A DNA stretch of 20,000 bases from an uncultured Rhodopirellula sp. (GTDB lineage Bacteria > Planctomycetota > Planctomycetia > Pirellulales > Pirellulaceae): the NCBI GenBank assembly GCA_964007735.1, contig CAXGAI010000011.1, forward strand, positions 107,785 to 127,784, written 5' to 3'. The notes under the pieces were generated by a model that saw nothing but the letters and a program-made list of their open reading frames with translations, made no database searches and was not told the DNA's origin. The translations under genes were made by a program, and so were the position numbers. Below are positions 7,839 through 16,198 of the stretch, one piece after another. Within the stretch, counting starts at the first letter, position 1; each line of letters begins with the position of its first letter.

Positions 7839-9551
7839 TTAATCCCACCACCAAGTATTACCTGGCAAATCAATTCCTCGATTTCCCTGATACTCGGCAT
7901 TTAAAATGCCATAGTCGTCTTGTTTGAGATTCTTTTGGTTGACAACGGGAAGAGGATCAACAATAACGCCACCAGAAACTGCCGCTAAAACCACCCGATC
8001 CGTGGTAATACGATAACTAACAACAGACTTCACCGAATTAACTGCCTGAGCTCGAACAGGCTGATAACCATAAGACTGCGTATAAAATTCCGGGTTCCAA
8101 TCCACCTTGCGGTCAAGTTCGTGAGACTTAATCAACATTGAAATAACGGCCAAGTCGAACACGTTGCGTAATTCCTGATATACCGGGTAGCGTTCCGCCA
8201 GCATTTCAAAATTACTAGTAAACTCTGAGGCAAATTGTTGAGTCAGGGGATCTGACTTTCCCGTCTGTTGTCGATTACCAAGTTGATCGACGATTTCGTT
8301 TTCACTGAGTACTTTGACAGCTGGCCCAACCACCTCAAAAGCCAAGCCATCCTTAGAGGCATGAAGCGCCTGATAATTCGTGGTAAACCACCAACGCAAC
8401 ATATTTACGCCCTGGGTTGGTTCGTCGGACTGCACCAAATTATCGAGATAACTATTCATACCTGGAACACCCGGAACCTCGCCGAGGCCGACGAGTTTCA
8501 TGTGGTGATCAGCCTCGACCAAAATCTGGGCCAAATGGGTCTGATTATCCGTACCGAACACCTCAACGTCCTGTCGCCCAACGGATTGCCGCAAACCTTG
8601 AATCCACGCATCCGTATTTTGAGGCGTCAACGGTTTACCGTTATGACTTGCAAGATACTGCTTCGCCTTCAATAAATTGGCGGTACGAGGCGTAATGGAA
8701 CATCCAAACGTCGGATTTGCAGAATAGGCATTTCGCATCAATTCCACCAAGTAATCCAACTTCAAAACGGGTTTACCGTTGTTTGTATTCACTAGGCGTC
8801 CATTGCCATTCTCTTTCCATGGCCCGGCCGGCCCCGCAATGACAATATCTCTTTGATCTGGATAAACAAGAACGTATTGAATCTTATAGATACCTGCCAA
8901 ATTCCGCATTACCTGGTCCGCACGCTCATTCCGCAACTGCAACAACTGCAACTGCCGCTGTAGCCGAACCAGAGAAACTTTTCTCATCGATGAAGTCTCT
9001 CGGACATCCTGCCCTTTGTCACTGAACATCCCGTCAAACTGCTCTCTACGGATGCCCTGCAACTCAGAGTCCCGACGAGAGTCCAGCCGAACCATCAAAC
9101 CATCACGATCAACATAAATACCGCCCGGAAAAGGAGTGATCGTTCCTGCTCCCCCAAGATCATCCCAACTATCAGGAGCGACCGTCGCTTTAATCAAATC
9201 AATCAGAGTATCAAAGTCTGCCATTGCAGCCCCACCCTGACTACCGGAAGGCATTGGTCTGGTCTCGGCTTGCCCCGTGGAACGAATCAAGCTTCCGTCG
9301 GCAAAATCCTGCAGCGAGGCAAGCGATTCCAACGCACCGGCTTGAACGCCAGAGGCTGCCTGATGGCGCGCGATTTGAATCATTTGTTGCTGACGTAATA
9401 CCATGTCTTGATTAGCACGCGCACGACCCAATGCTTGAACGTATTCCCCGGAACGTAATAGCTGACGAAACTCATCCGCTTCAACCTCAAAAGAACCATT
9501 CGACGCTAAGAAAACGAGGCTCAATACCGCAGCAAATGTTTTGTTAACCAT
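7839..9551 (-). CDS. DUF1598 domain-containing exported protein
   Basis: 570 aa with a signal peptide. Motifs RKVSLVRL, IQYVLVYP..DIVIAGPA, FGCSITP, AQILVEADHHMKLVGLG, LRWWF, YQELRNVFDLAV, SGGVIVDP and C-terminal WWWD match my recollection of the Planctomycete DUF1598 family. Confidence 0.85.
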   Translation of the reverse strand: MVNKTFAAVLSLVFLASNGSFEVEADEFRQLLRSGEYVQALGRARANQDMVLRQQQMIQIARHQAASGVQAGALESLASLQDFADGSLIRSTGQAETRPMPSGSQGGAAMADFDTLIDLIKATVAPDSWDDLGGAGTITPFPGGIYVDRDGLMVRLDSRRDSELQGIRREQFDGMFSDKGQDVRETSSMRKVSLVRLQRQLQLLQLRNERADQVMRNLAGIYKIQYVLVYPDQRDIVIAGPAGPWKENGNGRLVNTNNGKPVLKLDYLVELMRNAYSANPTFGCSITPRTANLLKAKQYLASHNGKPLTPQNTDAWIQGLRQSVGRQDVEVFGTDNQTHLAQILVEADHHMKLVGLGEVPGVPGMNSYLDNLVQSDEPTQGVNMLRWWFTTNYQALHASKDGLAFEVVGPAVKVLSENEIVDQLGNRQQTGKSDPLTQQFASEFTSNFEMLAERYPVYQELRNVFDLAVISMLIKSHELDRKVDWNPEFYTQSYGYQPVRAQAVNSVKSVVSYRITTDRVVLAAVSGGVIVDPLPVVNQKNLKQDDYGILNAEYQGNRGIDLPGNTWWWD

Positions 9552-9612
9552 TCAAATCCATCCCAGACTTTCCCAATCATTCAAGCCCACTTATTATAGG
9601 CCGCTTACACTA

Positions 9613-9658
9613 GTAAATAGTCGATTTCTTTCGACTATTCACGGGTAAACTCTTACCC
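9613..9658. promoter_or_regulatory. Two adjacent inverted repeats in the divergent DUF1598 / LarA-like intergenic region
   Basis: AATAGTCGA-N6-TCGACTATT (9616-9639; extends to 12 bp with 1 mismatch, 9613-9642) and GGGTAA-N4-TTACCC (9643-9658). Confidence 0.5.
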
Positions 9659-9833
9659 ATTACCGTAAAATTCTTGGTCGGCATTCTGAGTTTAGCTTCC
9701 AACACTTCGGCTCCATCAAAATCACCTGGGAACACTCCACCGAGCCTGGCCTTGGTCCCTAGGAAATCCAAGATTCGCAGGCTAAGATCAATGCTCCATC
9801 AAATCTCCCCCTAAATGTACGGAAAGTCGTAAT

Positions 9834-11030
9834 ATGAGCGTCGATCTCCACTATGGAGCATCCCATTCGCTAACAATCGATTGCACCACTGAGCAGGTGT
9901 TAACATCAGCAAGCCTCAATGTCGAACCGATTATTGGAACGCTAAAAGATGCAGTGTACAGTAGTCTGGAGCAATCTATTCACTTTCCCGCATTCCGGGA
10001 AATTGTATTTCCCGAGGACACTTTAGCAATCGCTGTGGGCGAATCTATACCACGCACCGCCGAAATCCTCGCCACGATCATCGAATACATACAGACCTAC
10101 ACTGAGGTCGCTCTCGAAGACATCACTATTGTCTTCGCTAATGAATCGACTGCGAGTGTCGAAGCTCAATTAAAACACCTTCTTGATGAATTCGTCTATA
10201 GCACCCTGACTTTTGAAGTCCACAACCCAGATATTCCGGAAGAACTGGCTTATCTGACTGCCACCGAAGAAGGGGAGCCTATTCGTCTAAATAAGACGCT
10301 TGTTGATTCCGATGTTGTCTTCCCAATTTGTTCGAATCTTCCCGATTCGATTTTCGGTTATGCCGGATTTTTTCATGACCTATTCCCCCTATATACGGAA
10401 ACAGAAACAATCCTGAGATTTCGCTCATACCAAAATGCTGCTTCTTTAAAACGTGATTCCATGGAAGCAGCCAACATGCTTGGAGTTCAATACGTCATGA
10501 AAGTGACTCCTGCTAATGGGGACGAAATTCACAACATCACAGCCGGAGATATTTTCACGCTACAGAATTCAGTGCCCGCAATCGCCGATGCGATCTGGGG
10601 GCATTCGCTTTCTGAAAGCGACCTCAGTATTGGAACACTTTCTGGACCTTACCAACATCAAACATGGGATAATCTGGCAAGAGCGCTTAACACGCTTGCA
10701 AAGTCAACAGCTTCAACTGGCGCGATTGTCATTTGCAGCGAGCTTTCAGGACCATTGCCAGCCCCTTTGAGGCTCTTAGCTAGTAATGACGCGCATCAAA
10801 AGCTTTCTGAGCAACTCAAACAACAGCCTGATATAGACATCCAAGCTGCTCAGGAGATTCTGCGTCTAAGGGATGAATATCACATCTACCTGTTGAGCAA
10901 TTTGTCCGGTGACGATGTCGAATCAATAGGCCTGGCGAATATTGAATCTCCATCACAGATCAATAACCTCGTTACTGCCGCAAAGAAGGTCAATTGTCTG
11001 CTAGATGCTCATCGCATTGCCATCAAATAA
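9834..11030 (+). CDS. Lactate racemase (LarA/DUF2088)-fold protein, apparently lacking catalytic/cofactor residues
   Basis: 398 aa with LarA-like layout: V.LHYG at the N-terminus, LEQSIHFPAFREIV.PEDTLAIAV, HNPD...LAYL.T.EGEPIRLNKTLVDSDVVF, GYAG, and C-terminal GAIVI.SE and IYLLSNL. Confidence 0.75.
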   Translation: MSVDLHYGASHSLTIDCTTEQVLTSASLNVEPIIGTLKDAVYSSLEQSIHFPAFREIVFPEDTLAIAVGESIPRTAEILATIIEYIQTYTEVALEDITIVFANESTASVEAQLKHLLDEFVYSTLTFEVHNPDIPEELAYLTATEEGEPIRLNKTLVDSDVVFPICSNLPDSIFGYAGFFHDLFPLYTETETILRFRSYQNAASLKRDSMEAANMLGVQYVMKVTPANGDEIHNITAGDIFTLQNSVPAIADAIWGHSLSESDLSIGTLSGPYQHQTWDNLARALNTLAKSTASTGAIVICSELSGPLPAPLRLLASNDAHQKLSEQLKQQPDIDIQAAQEILRLRDEYHIYLLSNLSGDDVESIGLANIESPSQINNLVTAAKKVNCLLDAHRIAIK

Positions 11031-11065
11031 GATTGAAACGCTAGCCAGCTTCATATGGGGAACTC

Positions 11066-11908
11066 ATGATGTCCGTGAAATTTGACTCACCTTCGGTGTG
11101 GACCGCTTCAAACATTGCACTCATCACCATGCGTGGGAAAGACCGCATTAGCTTTCTCCATAACTTTTGCACCAACGACATCAAGAAACTAGTCGACAAT
11201 GCAGTGGTCGAAGCATACATCACTAGCATTCAGGGAAAGTGCCTAGGATACGTTTCCGTATTTCAAGCGTCTGATGAATTACTCCTGATCACTAATGACT
11301 ATAAGACCGAAGAGCTTGCAGCACATTTGGATCGATACATTATTACAGAAGATGTCGAAATCACTCTCAATCAAAAACCGAATTGTTTACTATTCACCGG
11401 TGAAGGAATCGAACAGTGGCTACAGCAGGAGCAACCACAAGGCACTCTTGTCGCCAATCATTGGTTCAATCAGTCTTCTTATTGGTTCTTTGGAGAATTA
11501 TCCACCGCCCAGCAGAACGATCTGCAGAGTCTGACCGACGAACAGATACATGCCGTACGCATCCATGCCGGAACACCAATCTACGGTGACGACGTGACGG
11601 AAGAAAATCTAGCTCAGGAAGTGAACCGAAACCAACAAGCCATTAGCTTTACCAAAGGATGTTATTTAGGTCAGGAACCAATCGCGAGAATTGATGCCTT
11701 AGGTAACGTTCATTGGTATTTAGTTAAAGTTGATCTGGGAATCATCGAGGCTCAACCGTGTGACATTCTAACAAGAGAAAGTAAGCCGATCGCCAAGATT
11801 CGCTCTAAGTCCTCTCTAACAAACGAGGCATTAGCCTATGTCAAGAGAGGCTCTCATGAATCTGGCTCCAAGGTTTCGGCAGATCAGGGTGAATTTAAGG
11901 TTTTCTAA
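11066..11908 (+). CDS. ygfZ: Folate-binding protein YgfZ (GcvT-like, CAF17/Iba57 family)
   Basis: GKDRISFLHNFCTNDI at the N-terminus, HLDRYIITEDV, and the YgfZ signature ISFTKGCYLGQEPIARI. Confidence 0.9.
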   Translation: MMSVKFDSPSVWTASNIALITMRGKDRISFLHNFCTNDIKKLVDNAVVEAYITSIQGKCLGYVSVFQASDELLLITNDYKTEELAAHLDRYIITEDVEITLNQKPNCLLFTGEGIEQWLQQEQPQGTLVANHWFNQSSYWFFGELSTAQQNDLQSLTDEQIHAVRIHAGTPIYGDDVTEENLAQEVNRNQQAISFTKGCYLGQEPIARIDALGNVHWYLVKVDLGIIEAQPCDILTRESKPIAKIRSKSSLTNEALAYVKRGSHESGSKVSADQGEFKVF

Positions 11909-11921
11909 AATGAGGTGCTGA

Positions 11922-12428
11922 TTATCCCGCAACGTTGGGGGCATCGGCAATTTGGATTTCGCGTGTGTGCTGCTCAAGCCAGTCGGCAACTCGCTGCAGC
12001 AACTCTTCAGCTGATCCGGCTTCAACAACAGCACCTAAAATGCTCCATCGCCCTCCTTTAATCTCCTTGAAAAGAAGAAGTAAGGCATGTTTCATCTCTT
12101 GGAGGAAGACTGCTGTTTGCTGGTCACTGTAGTCTCTACTCAAGAGCACCAATTGTTCACCTTCACGGATGCGGGTTAACTGGATGATTTTCCCTTCAAC
12201 TGCTTTCAGCATCGCCCCCTGACAATAGCCGCGTCTAAATTCATGCCGAGTATTGAATTGGTAAACAGGTTCAGCCCCAAAGAAAAATGAAATCGCTCCG
12301 TCACGACGAAAACCAACAAACACAGACTCCTTTGACACCGCGTCCCGAGAAAACTTTATTTCGATACGATTCACTAAAGCCGTCGCTTCGCGCAAAATAT
12401 CTTCCTTATCTTGCTGCTGTTTTGCCAC
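11922..12428 (-). CDS. Conserved-looking hypothetical protein
   Basis: The ORF has DKEDILREATALVNRIE and VFVGFRRDGAISFFFGAEPVYQFN blocks. The likely start is GTG at 12428 with AGGAG just upstream (track start 12452). Confidence 0.75.
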   Translation of the reverse strand: MAKQQQDKEDILREATALVNRIEIKFSRDAVSKESVFVGFRRDGAISFFFGAEPVYQFNTRHEFRRGYCQGAMLKAVEGKIIQLTRIREGEQLVLLSRDYSDQQTAVFLQEMKHALLLLFKEIKGGRWSILGAVVEAGSAEELLQRVADWLEQHTREIQIADAPNVAG

Positions 12429-12539
12429 TTCCCATCTCCTACGTACTCCCACCTATCCTAGTAAACACAAATGTTAGATAAGATATACCTTTATTAATAG
12501 ATTCTACAAATCTGAACTCACCATTCTACAATCTGCTTT

Positions 12540-13070
12540 ATGTCTGACCACGAAACCCACCTGTTATCTACTTCTCGATTTGATGTCGTTGAAGTTCCAG
12601 CAGACCCGGCTAATCCTGACGGCAAAAAACGTCAAATCTTACGACACCCTGGGGCTGTCACGATTCTGCCGCTAGTTGACGACGACCATATCTGTCTGAT
12701 CCGAAATTATCGAGTCTCTGTCGGCAAGGAATTACTAGAGTTACCAGCGGGCACCCTCGAACCCAATGAACCTCATGCTGTCACAGCGAAGCGGGAACTC
12801 ATCGAAGAAACTGGGTACCGTGCGAAAAAACTAACGCACCTGCACAGTTTTTACCTTTCACCTGGCATACTCGATGAGAACATGCATTTGTATATTGCTT
12901 CCGGTTTGACGCAAGGCGAAGCTGCCCGTGAAGAAGGGGAATTGATAACCAACTGCGTTGTCTCCTGGAAAGAGACACTGCAACTAATAAAAGACTGTAA
13001 AATCTGCGATGCCAAGTCCATTGCCGGTATCCTGATGTATGATCAGCTCAAACGATCCGGAGAAATATAA
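12540..13070 (+). CDS. nudF: NUDIX hydrolase, ADP-ribose pyrophosphatase-like
   Basis: Nudix box GTLEPNEPHAVTAKRELIEETGY (GX5EX7REUXEEXGU), plus HPGAVTILP, the downstream Pro in YLSPG and the DAKS motif typical of ADPRases. The stop overlaps the next ATG (TAATG). Confidence 0.88.
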   Translation: MSDHETHLLSTSRFDVVEVPADPANPDGKKRQILRHPGAVTILPLVDDDHICLIRNYRVSVGKELLELPAGTLEPNEPHAVTAKRELIEETGYRAKKLTHLHSFYLSPGILDENMHLYIASGLTQGEAAREEGELITNCVVSWKETLQLIKDCKICDAKSIAGILMYDQLKRSGEI

Positions 13071-14194
13071 TGCCCGATTCCCGATTAACAAAACTTGCCA
13101 GAGTACTGGTTAACTACTCAGCCGAAGTCGTCGCCGGTGATTTGGTTCGAATTGTCGGTAGTCCACTGTCAGAACCACTGCTGCTGGAACTGTACCAAGC
13201 TTGTCTGGAAGCAAATGCGCATCCCTACGTGCTCATGCAACCTGACGCCTGTGGTGAACTTCTCTTTGAATATGGAAGCGACGAACAGATCGGTTATCAG
13301 AGCTCTCTGGTACAACACGAAATAGAAACGATTGATGTAGCCATTAGCCTTTGGGGAAGTAGTAACACGAAAGCTCTGTCTCGATTTGGCCCCGATAAAC
13401 TGGCAAAGAAGAGTCAGGCTCGGAAAACGTATATGGAAACATTCCTAAGCCGAAGTGCTTCTGGAGATCTACGCTGGACAGGTTCTCAATTTCCATGTCA
13501 GGCTTCGGCCCAAGATGCTGAAATGTCACTTCGACAATACGAAGATTTTGTTTTCAAAGCCGGCTTATTACATCTTGATGACCCCGTTACGGCTTGGAAA
13601 GAGCTGAGCGTCAGACAACAACGACTTGTTGATTACCTGAATGGAAAAAATGAAATTCGATTTGTGACTCCGCAGGGTACCGATCTGACGCTTTGCGTTC
13701 AGGACCGACTCTGGTTAAACAGCGACGGCAAGAAAAACTTTCCCGATGGAGAAGTTTTTACAGGCCCGATCGAGTCTGCTACAGAAGGTACTGTGTTTTA
13801 TAGCTTTCCAGCGGTACACGGAGGCCGCGAAAGCGATGGTATTGAATTAACATTTGAAGGTGGCCGTGTTGTAGAGGCCAAGGCCAGAAAAGGCGAGAAA
13901 TTCCTCATCGACATGCTGGATCAGGACGCGGGAGCACGAGTTCTTGGTGAAATCGCTATCGGGACAAATTACTCGATTACTGAATACACAAAAAACACTC
14001 TTTTTGATGAAAAGATCGGCGGCACATTCCATGCCGCAGTAGGCGCTTCCTATCCCGAAACCGGGGGACTTAACGAATCCGGACTTCACTGGGATATGGT
14101 TTGTGACCTCAGAGAAGGTGGGCAAATTTTTGTCGACGGAGAACTCATTAGCGAAAATGGACGATTCCTCAATGACGCCTGGCCCCAACCATAA
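13070..14194 (+). CDS. Aminopeptidase, peptidase family M29 (AmpS/AmpT/aminopeptidase II type)
   Basis: Motifs LARVLVNYS, AQDAEMS, GTDLTL, NFPDGEVFTGP, GARVLGEIAIG, NTLFDEKIGGTFHAAVGASY and NESGLHWDM. Confidence 0.93.
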   Translation: MPDSRLTKLARVLVNYSAEVVAGDLVRIVGSPLSEPLLLELYQACLEANAHPYVLMQPDACGELLFEYGSDEQIGYQSSLVQHEIETIDVAISLWGSSNTKALSRFGPDKLAKKSQARKTYMETFLSRSASGDLRWTGSQFPCQASAQDAEMSLRQYEDFVFKAGLLHLDDPVTAWKELSVRQQRLVDYLNGKNEIRFVTPQGTDLTLCVQDRLWLNSDGKKNFPDGEVFTGPIESATEGTVFYSFPAVHGGRESDGIELTFEGGRVVEAKARKGEKFLIDMLDQDAGARVLGEIAIGTNYSITEYTKNTLFDEKIGGTFHAAVGASYPETGGLNESGLHWDMVCDLREGGQIFVDGELISENGRFLNDAWPQP

Positions 14195-14241
14195 GTCTCC
14201 CATATTTTGCAGACGCTCAGAACTAAGAAACAACGACCTCA

Positions 14242-15264
14242 ATGCCTCACTATCCCCCGCTTTCCAAAGTCGATCTGCCAATTTTGGTTACCGGTATCGC
14301 CGGCGTCGCCGGATATAACGCATTTCACTACTACTCACGGCTGTACTCTGGAAATGTAATTGGGATTCGTCGCGATGAATACTGGCCGCTTACCGGTGAG
14401 GGTATTGTTGGCTGCGATATTATTAATAAAGAAAAATTATTGAAATTGTTTCGGCAACATCAATTTCGTTCCGTTATGAGCGGCCTCGGAACGTGTCGCT
14501 TGAAATCATGCGAACTTGATCCAGCCATGGCCCATCGTGTGAACGTGGATGGTATTAACAACTTACTCGAAGCAATCCACAGCCTGTCTCACCCCGTTAA
14601 ACTGGTACATCTATCTACCGACCTCGTTTTTTCCGGGGACGGGAATGGCGACTACACCGAGGACGTAACGCCAGACCCCGTCACCATCTATGGCAAAACA
14701 ATGGTTAAAGCGGAGGAACTTATCACTCGTCGACACCCCTCGGCTTGCATCCTGCGGATTTCTTTACCGATGGGAATTAGTTTTAGTGGTCATGCAGGTG
14801 CAATTGATTGGATCCAATCAAGGTTTATTAAAAACAAACCGGCTACTTTATATTTTGATGAAGTCAGGACTCCGCAATACACCGACTGCCTCAACAAACT
14901 TACGCACTGGGCATTAACGAATGATTTATCGGGTCTTTATCATGCGGGAGGCCCACAGTCGCTAAGCCTTTATGAGATTGCTCAAATCGTTAATCGCTTA
15001 GGTGGATACAATCCTGACAATCTGCAGGGATGTCCCCGTGTTGATGCCGGGCCAATACCTCCTCGTGCTGGAAACGTGTCGCTTAATAGTAACAGATTAA
15101 TTGAAAAACTTGGATTCAAACCTTTTGATGCCTGGCCTGCTAAAGGCCTCTACCTTCCCACAAGCCAAAATTGGCATTATGAGACCGATACAACCATTAA
15201 AGGTTCTCCAGAATTACTGAAATCAATTCTGTACAAGAACCCCAATGAAGAAAACTATTTGTAA
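14242..15264 (+). CDS. RmlD-like extended SDR (dTDP-4-dehydrorhamnose reductase family), non-canonical active site
   Basis: ILVTGIAGVAG Rossmann motif, CELDP.MA.RVNVDG, HLSTDLVFSG..G.YTE..PDPVTIYGKT, DEVRTP and GLYHAGG. YGKTM stands where YxxxK is expected. Confidence 0.85.
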   Translation: MPHYPPLSKVDLPILVTGIAGVAGYNAFHYYSRLYSGNVIGIRRDEYWPLTGEGIVGCDIINKEKLLKLFRQHQFRSVMSGLGTCRLKSCELDPAMAHRVNVDGINNLLEAIHSLSHPVKLVHLSTDLVFSGDGNGDYTEDVTPDPVTIYGKTMVKAEELITRRHPSACILRISLPMGISFSGHAGAIDWIQSRFIKNKPATLYFDEVRTPQYTDCLNKLTHWALTNDLSGLYHAGGPQSLSLYEIAQIVNRLGGYNPDNLQGCPRVDAGPIPPRAGNVSLNSNRLIEKLGFKPFDAWPAKGLYLPTSQNWHYETDTTIKGSPELLKSILYKNPNEENYL

Positions 15265-15286
15265 ACCTTTGGTGTTTTCGTCGCCT

Positions 15287-15309
15287 TAGGTTGATACGAA
15301 ACCTATAAT
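15287..15309 (+). promoter_or_regulatory. Candidate -10 box overlapped by an inverted repeat
   Basis: TAGGTT-N7-AACCTA (15287-15305) overlaps a perfect TATAAT (15304-15309), about 77 nt upstream of ATG 15386. Confidence 0.35.
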
Positions 15310-15385
15310 GAATGCAGCATTGATTACAGGCTAATTGCCACCACTTCCACCGTACGCCTTAGCACATAACGCATACACGATTACT

Positions 15386-16117
15386 ATGGGTATCCGATTT
15401 ATTTGTCCGAGTTGCGACAGCAAACTAAATGTAAAATCCTATCTGGCTGGCAAACGTGGTATTTGCCCCAAATGCGATGCGAGAATCCGGATTCCTCTTG
15501 AATCCAAAATTGGAAACCAACCGGCCGAGCTAGCTGGTGATAGAAATCGAACCGCCAAAAGCATTGCTGCCTGTATTGCTGAAAAACCGAAGGTGAAGTG
15601 GTATGTACGCCCTGCTGATGGTGGCGAATTCGGCCCGGCCCCGGGAGAGATGATTCAAGTATGGGCTAATGAAAATCGAATTGATCATCGCACAAGTTTA
15701 CGTCGCGATGACTGGCTCAACTGGCAACCTGCCGCGAACATCTTTACCGAGTTTCAAAAAGACATCAAGCTTTCAGTATCTCCCGCTGCGGAACAGAATC
15801 AAGACGGTACACAAACCGAGTTAAAATCGGATAGCTCGATCGCCGTACTGGAACGTCCCGTTGAATCGGTTGAAAATCCAAATGTTGATCCCGTTGGGTT
15901 TGAAGATGAAAGTTTCTTTGAAGCTCTAGAGACAAACTCTGTTGGTATCGACCGCGGCGCAAACTTTTCGAACCTTCAGGTTGAAAACTCAACACTTGCT
16001 CACCACAACATCCGTAGAAATGATGCCTCCGGAAACAAAATAAAGGGAGTCATTCTGGCATTCCTTTCGATTGTTTTACTGGGATCGTTAGTGGCAGTCG
16101 TTATTCTTTCACAGTAG
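15386..16117 (+). CDS. Zinc-ribbon + GYF_2 (DUF4339)-like domain membrane protein
   Basis: The likely start is ATG 15386: MGIRFICPSCDSKLNVKSYLAGKRGICPKC (2x CxxC). A GYF_2-like segment WYVRPADGGEFGPA...WANENRI...RRDDW.NWQPA follows, then an acidic linker and a C-terminal TM helix GVILAFLSIVLLGSLVAVVIL. Confidence 0.82.
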   Translation: MGIRFICPSCDSKLNVKSYLAGKRGICPKCDARIRIPLESKIGNQPAELAGDRNRTAKSIAACIAEKPKVKWYVRPADGGEFGPAPGEMIQVWANENRIDHRTSLRRDDWLNWQPAANIFTEFQKDIKLSVSPAAEQNQDGTQTELKSDSSIAVLERPVESVENPNVDPVGFEDESFFEALETNSVGIDRGANFSNLQVENSTLAHHNIRRNDASGNKIKGVILAFLSIVLLGSLVAVVILSQ

Positions 16118-16198
16118 GATAGAACACAAATCAAAGTCTGATCCCCCACATCGCTAGTCACTTCAGCCGGCTTACAACTCCAAAGGAAATTATCAAAC

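Noticed and set aside
6599..11030. His-rich protein as nickel chaperone for the LarA-like protein
   Set aside because: The His-rich protein is exported, while the LarA-like protein has no signal peptide and seems to lack the nickel-pincer residues; the genes are divergent and separated by DUF1598.
14242..15264. Assigning gene symbol rmlD/rfbD
   Set aside because: The catalytic Lys is replaced and there is no rml cluster context, so orthology is not supportable.
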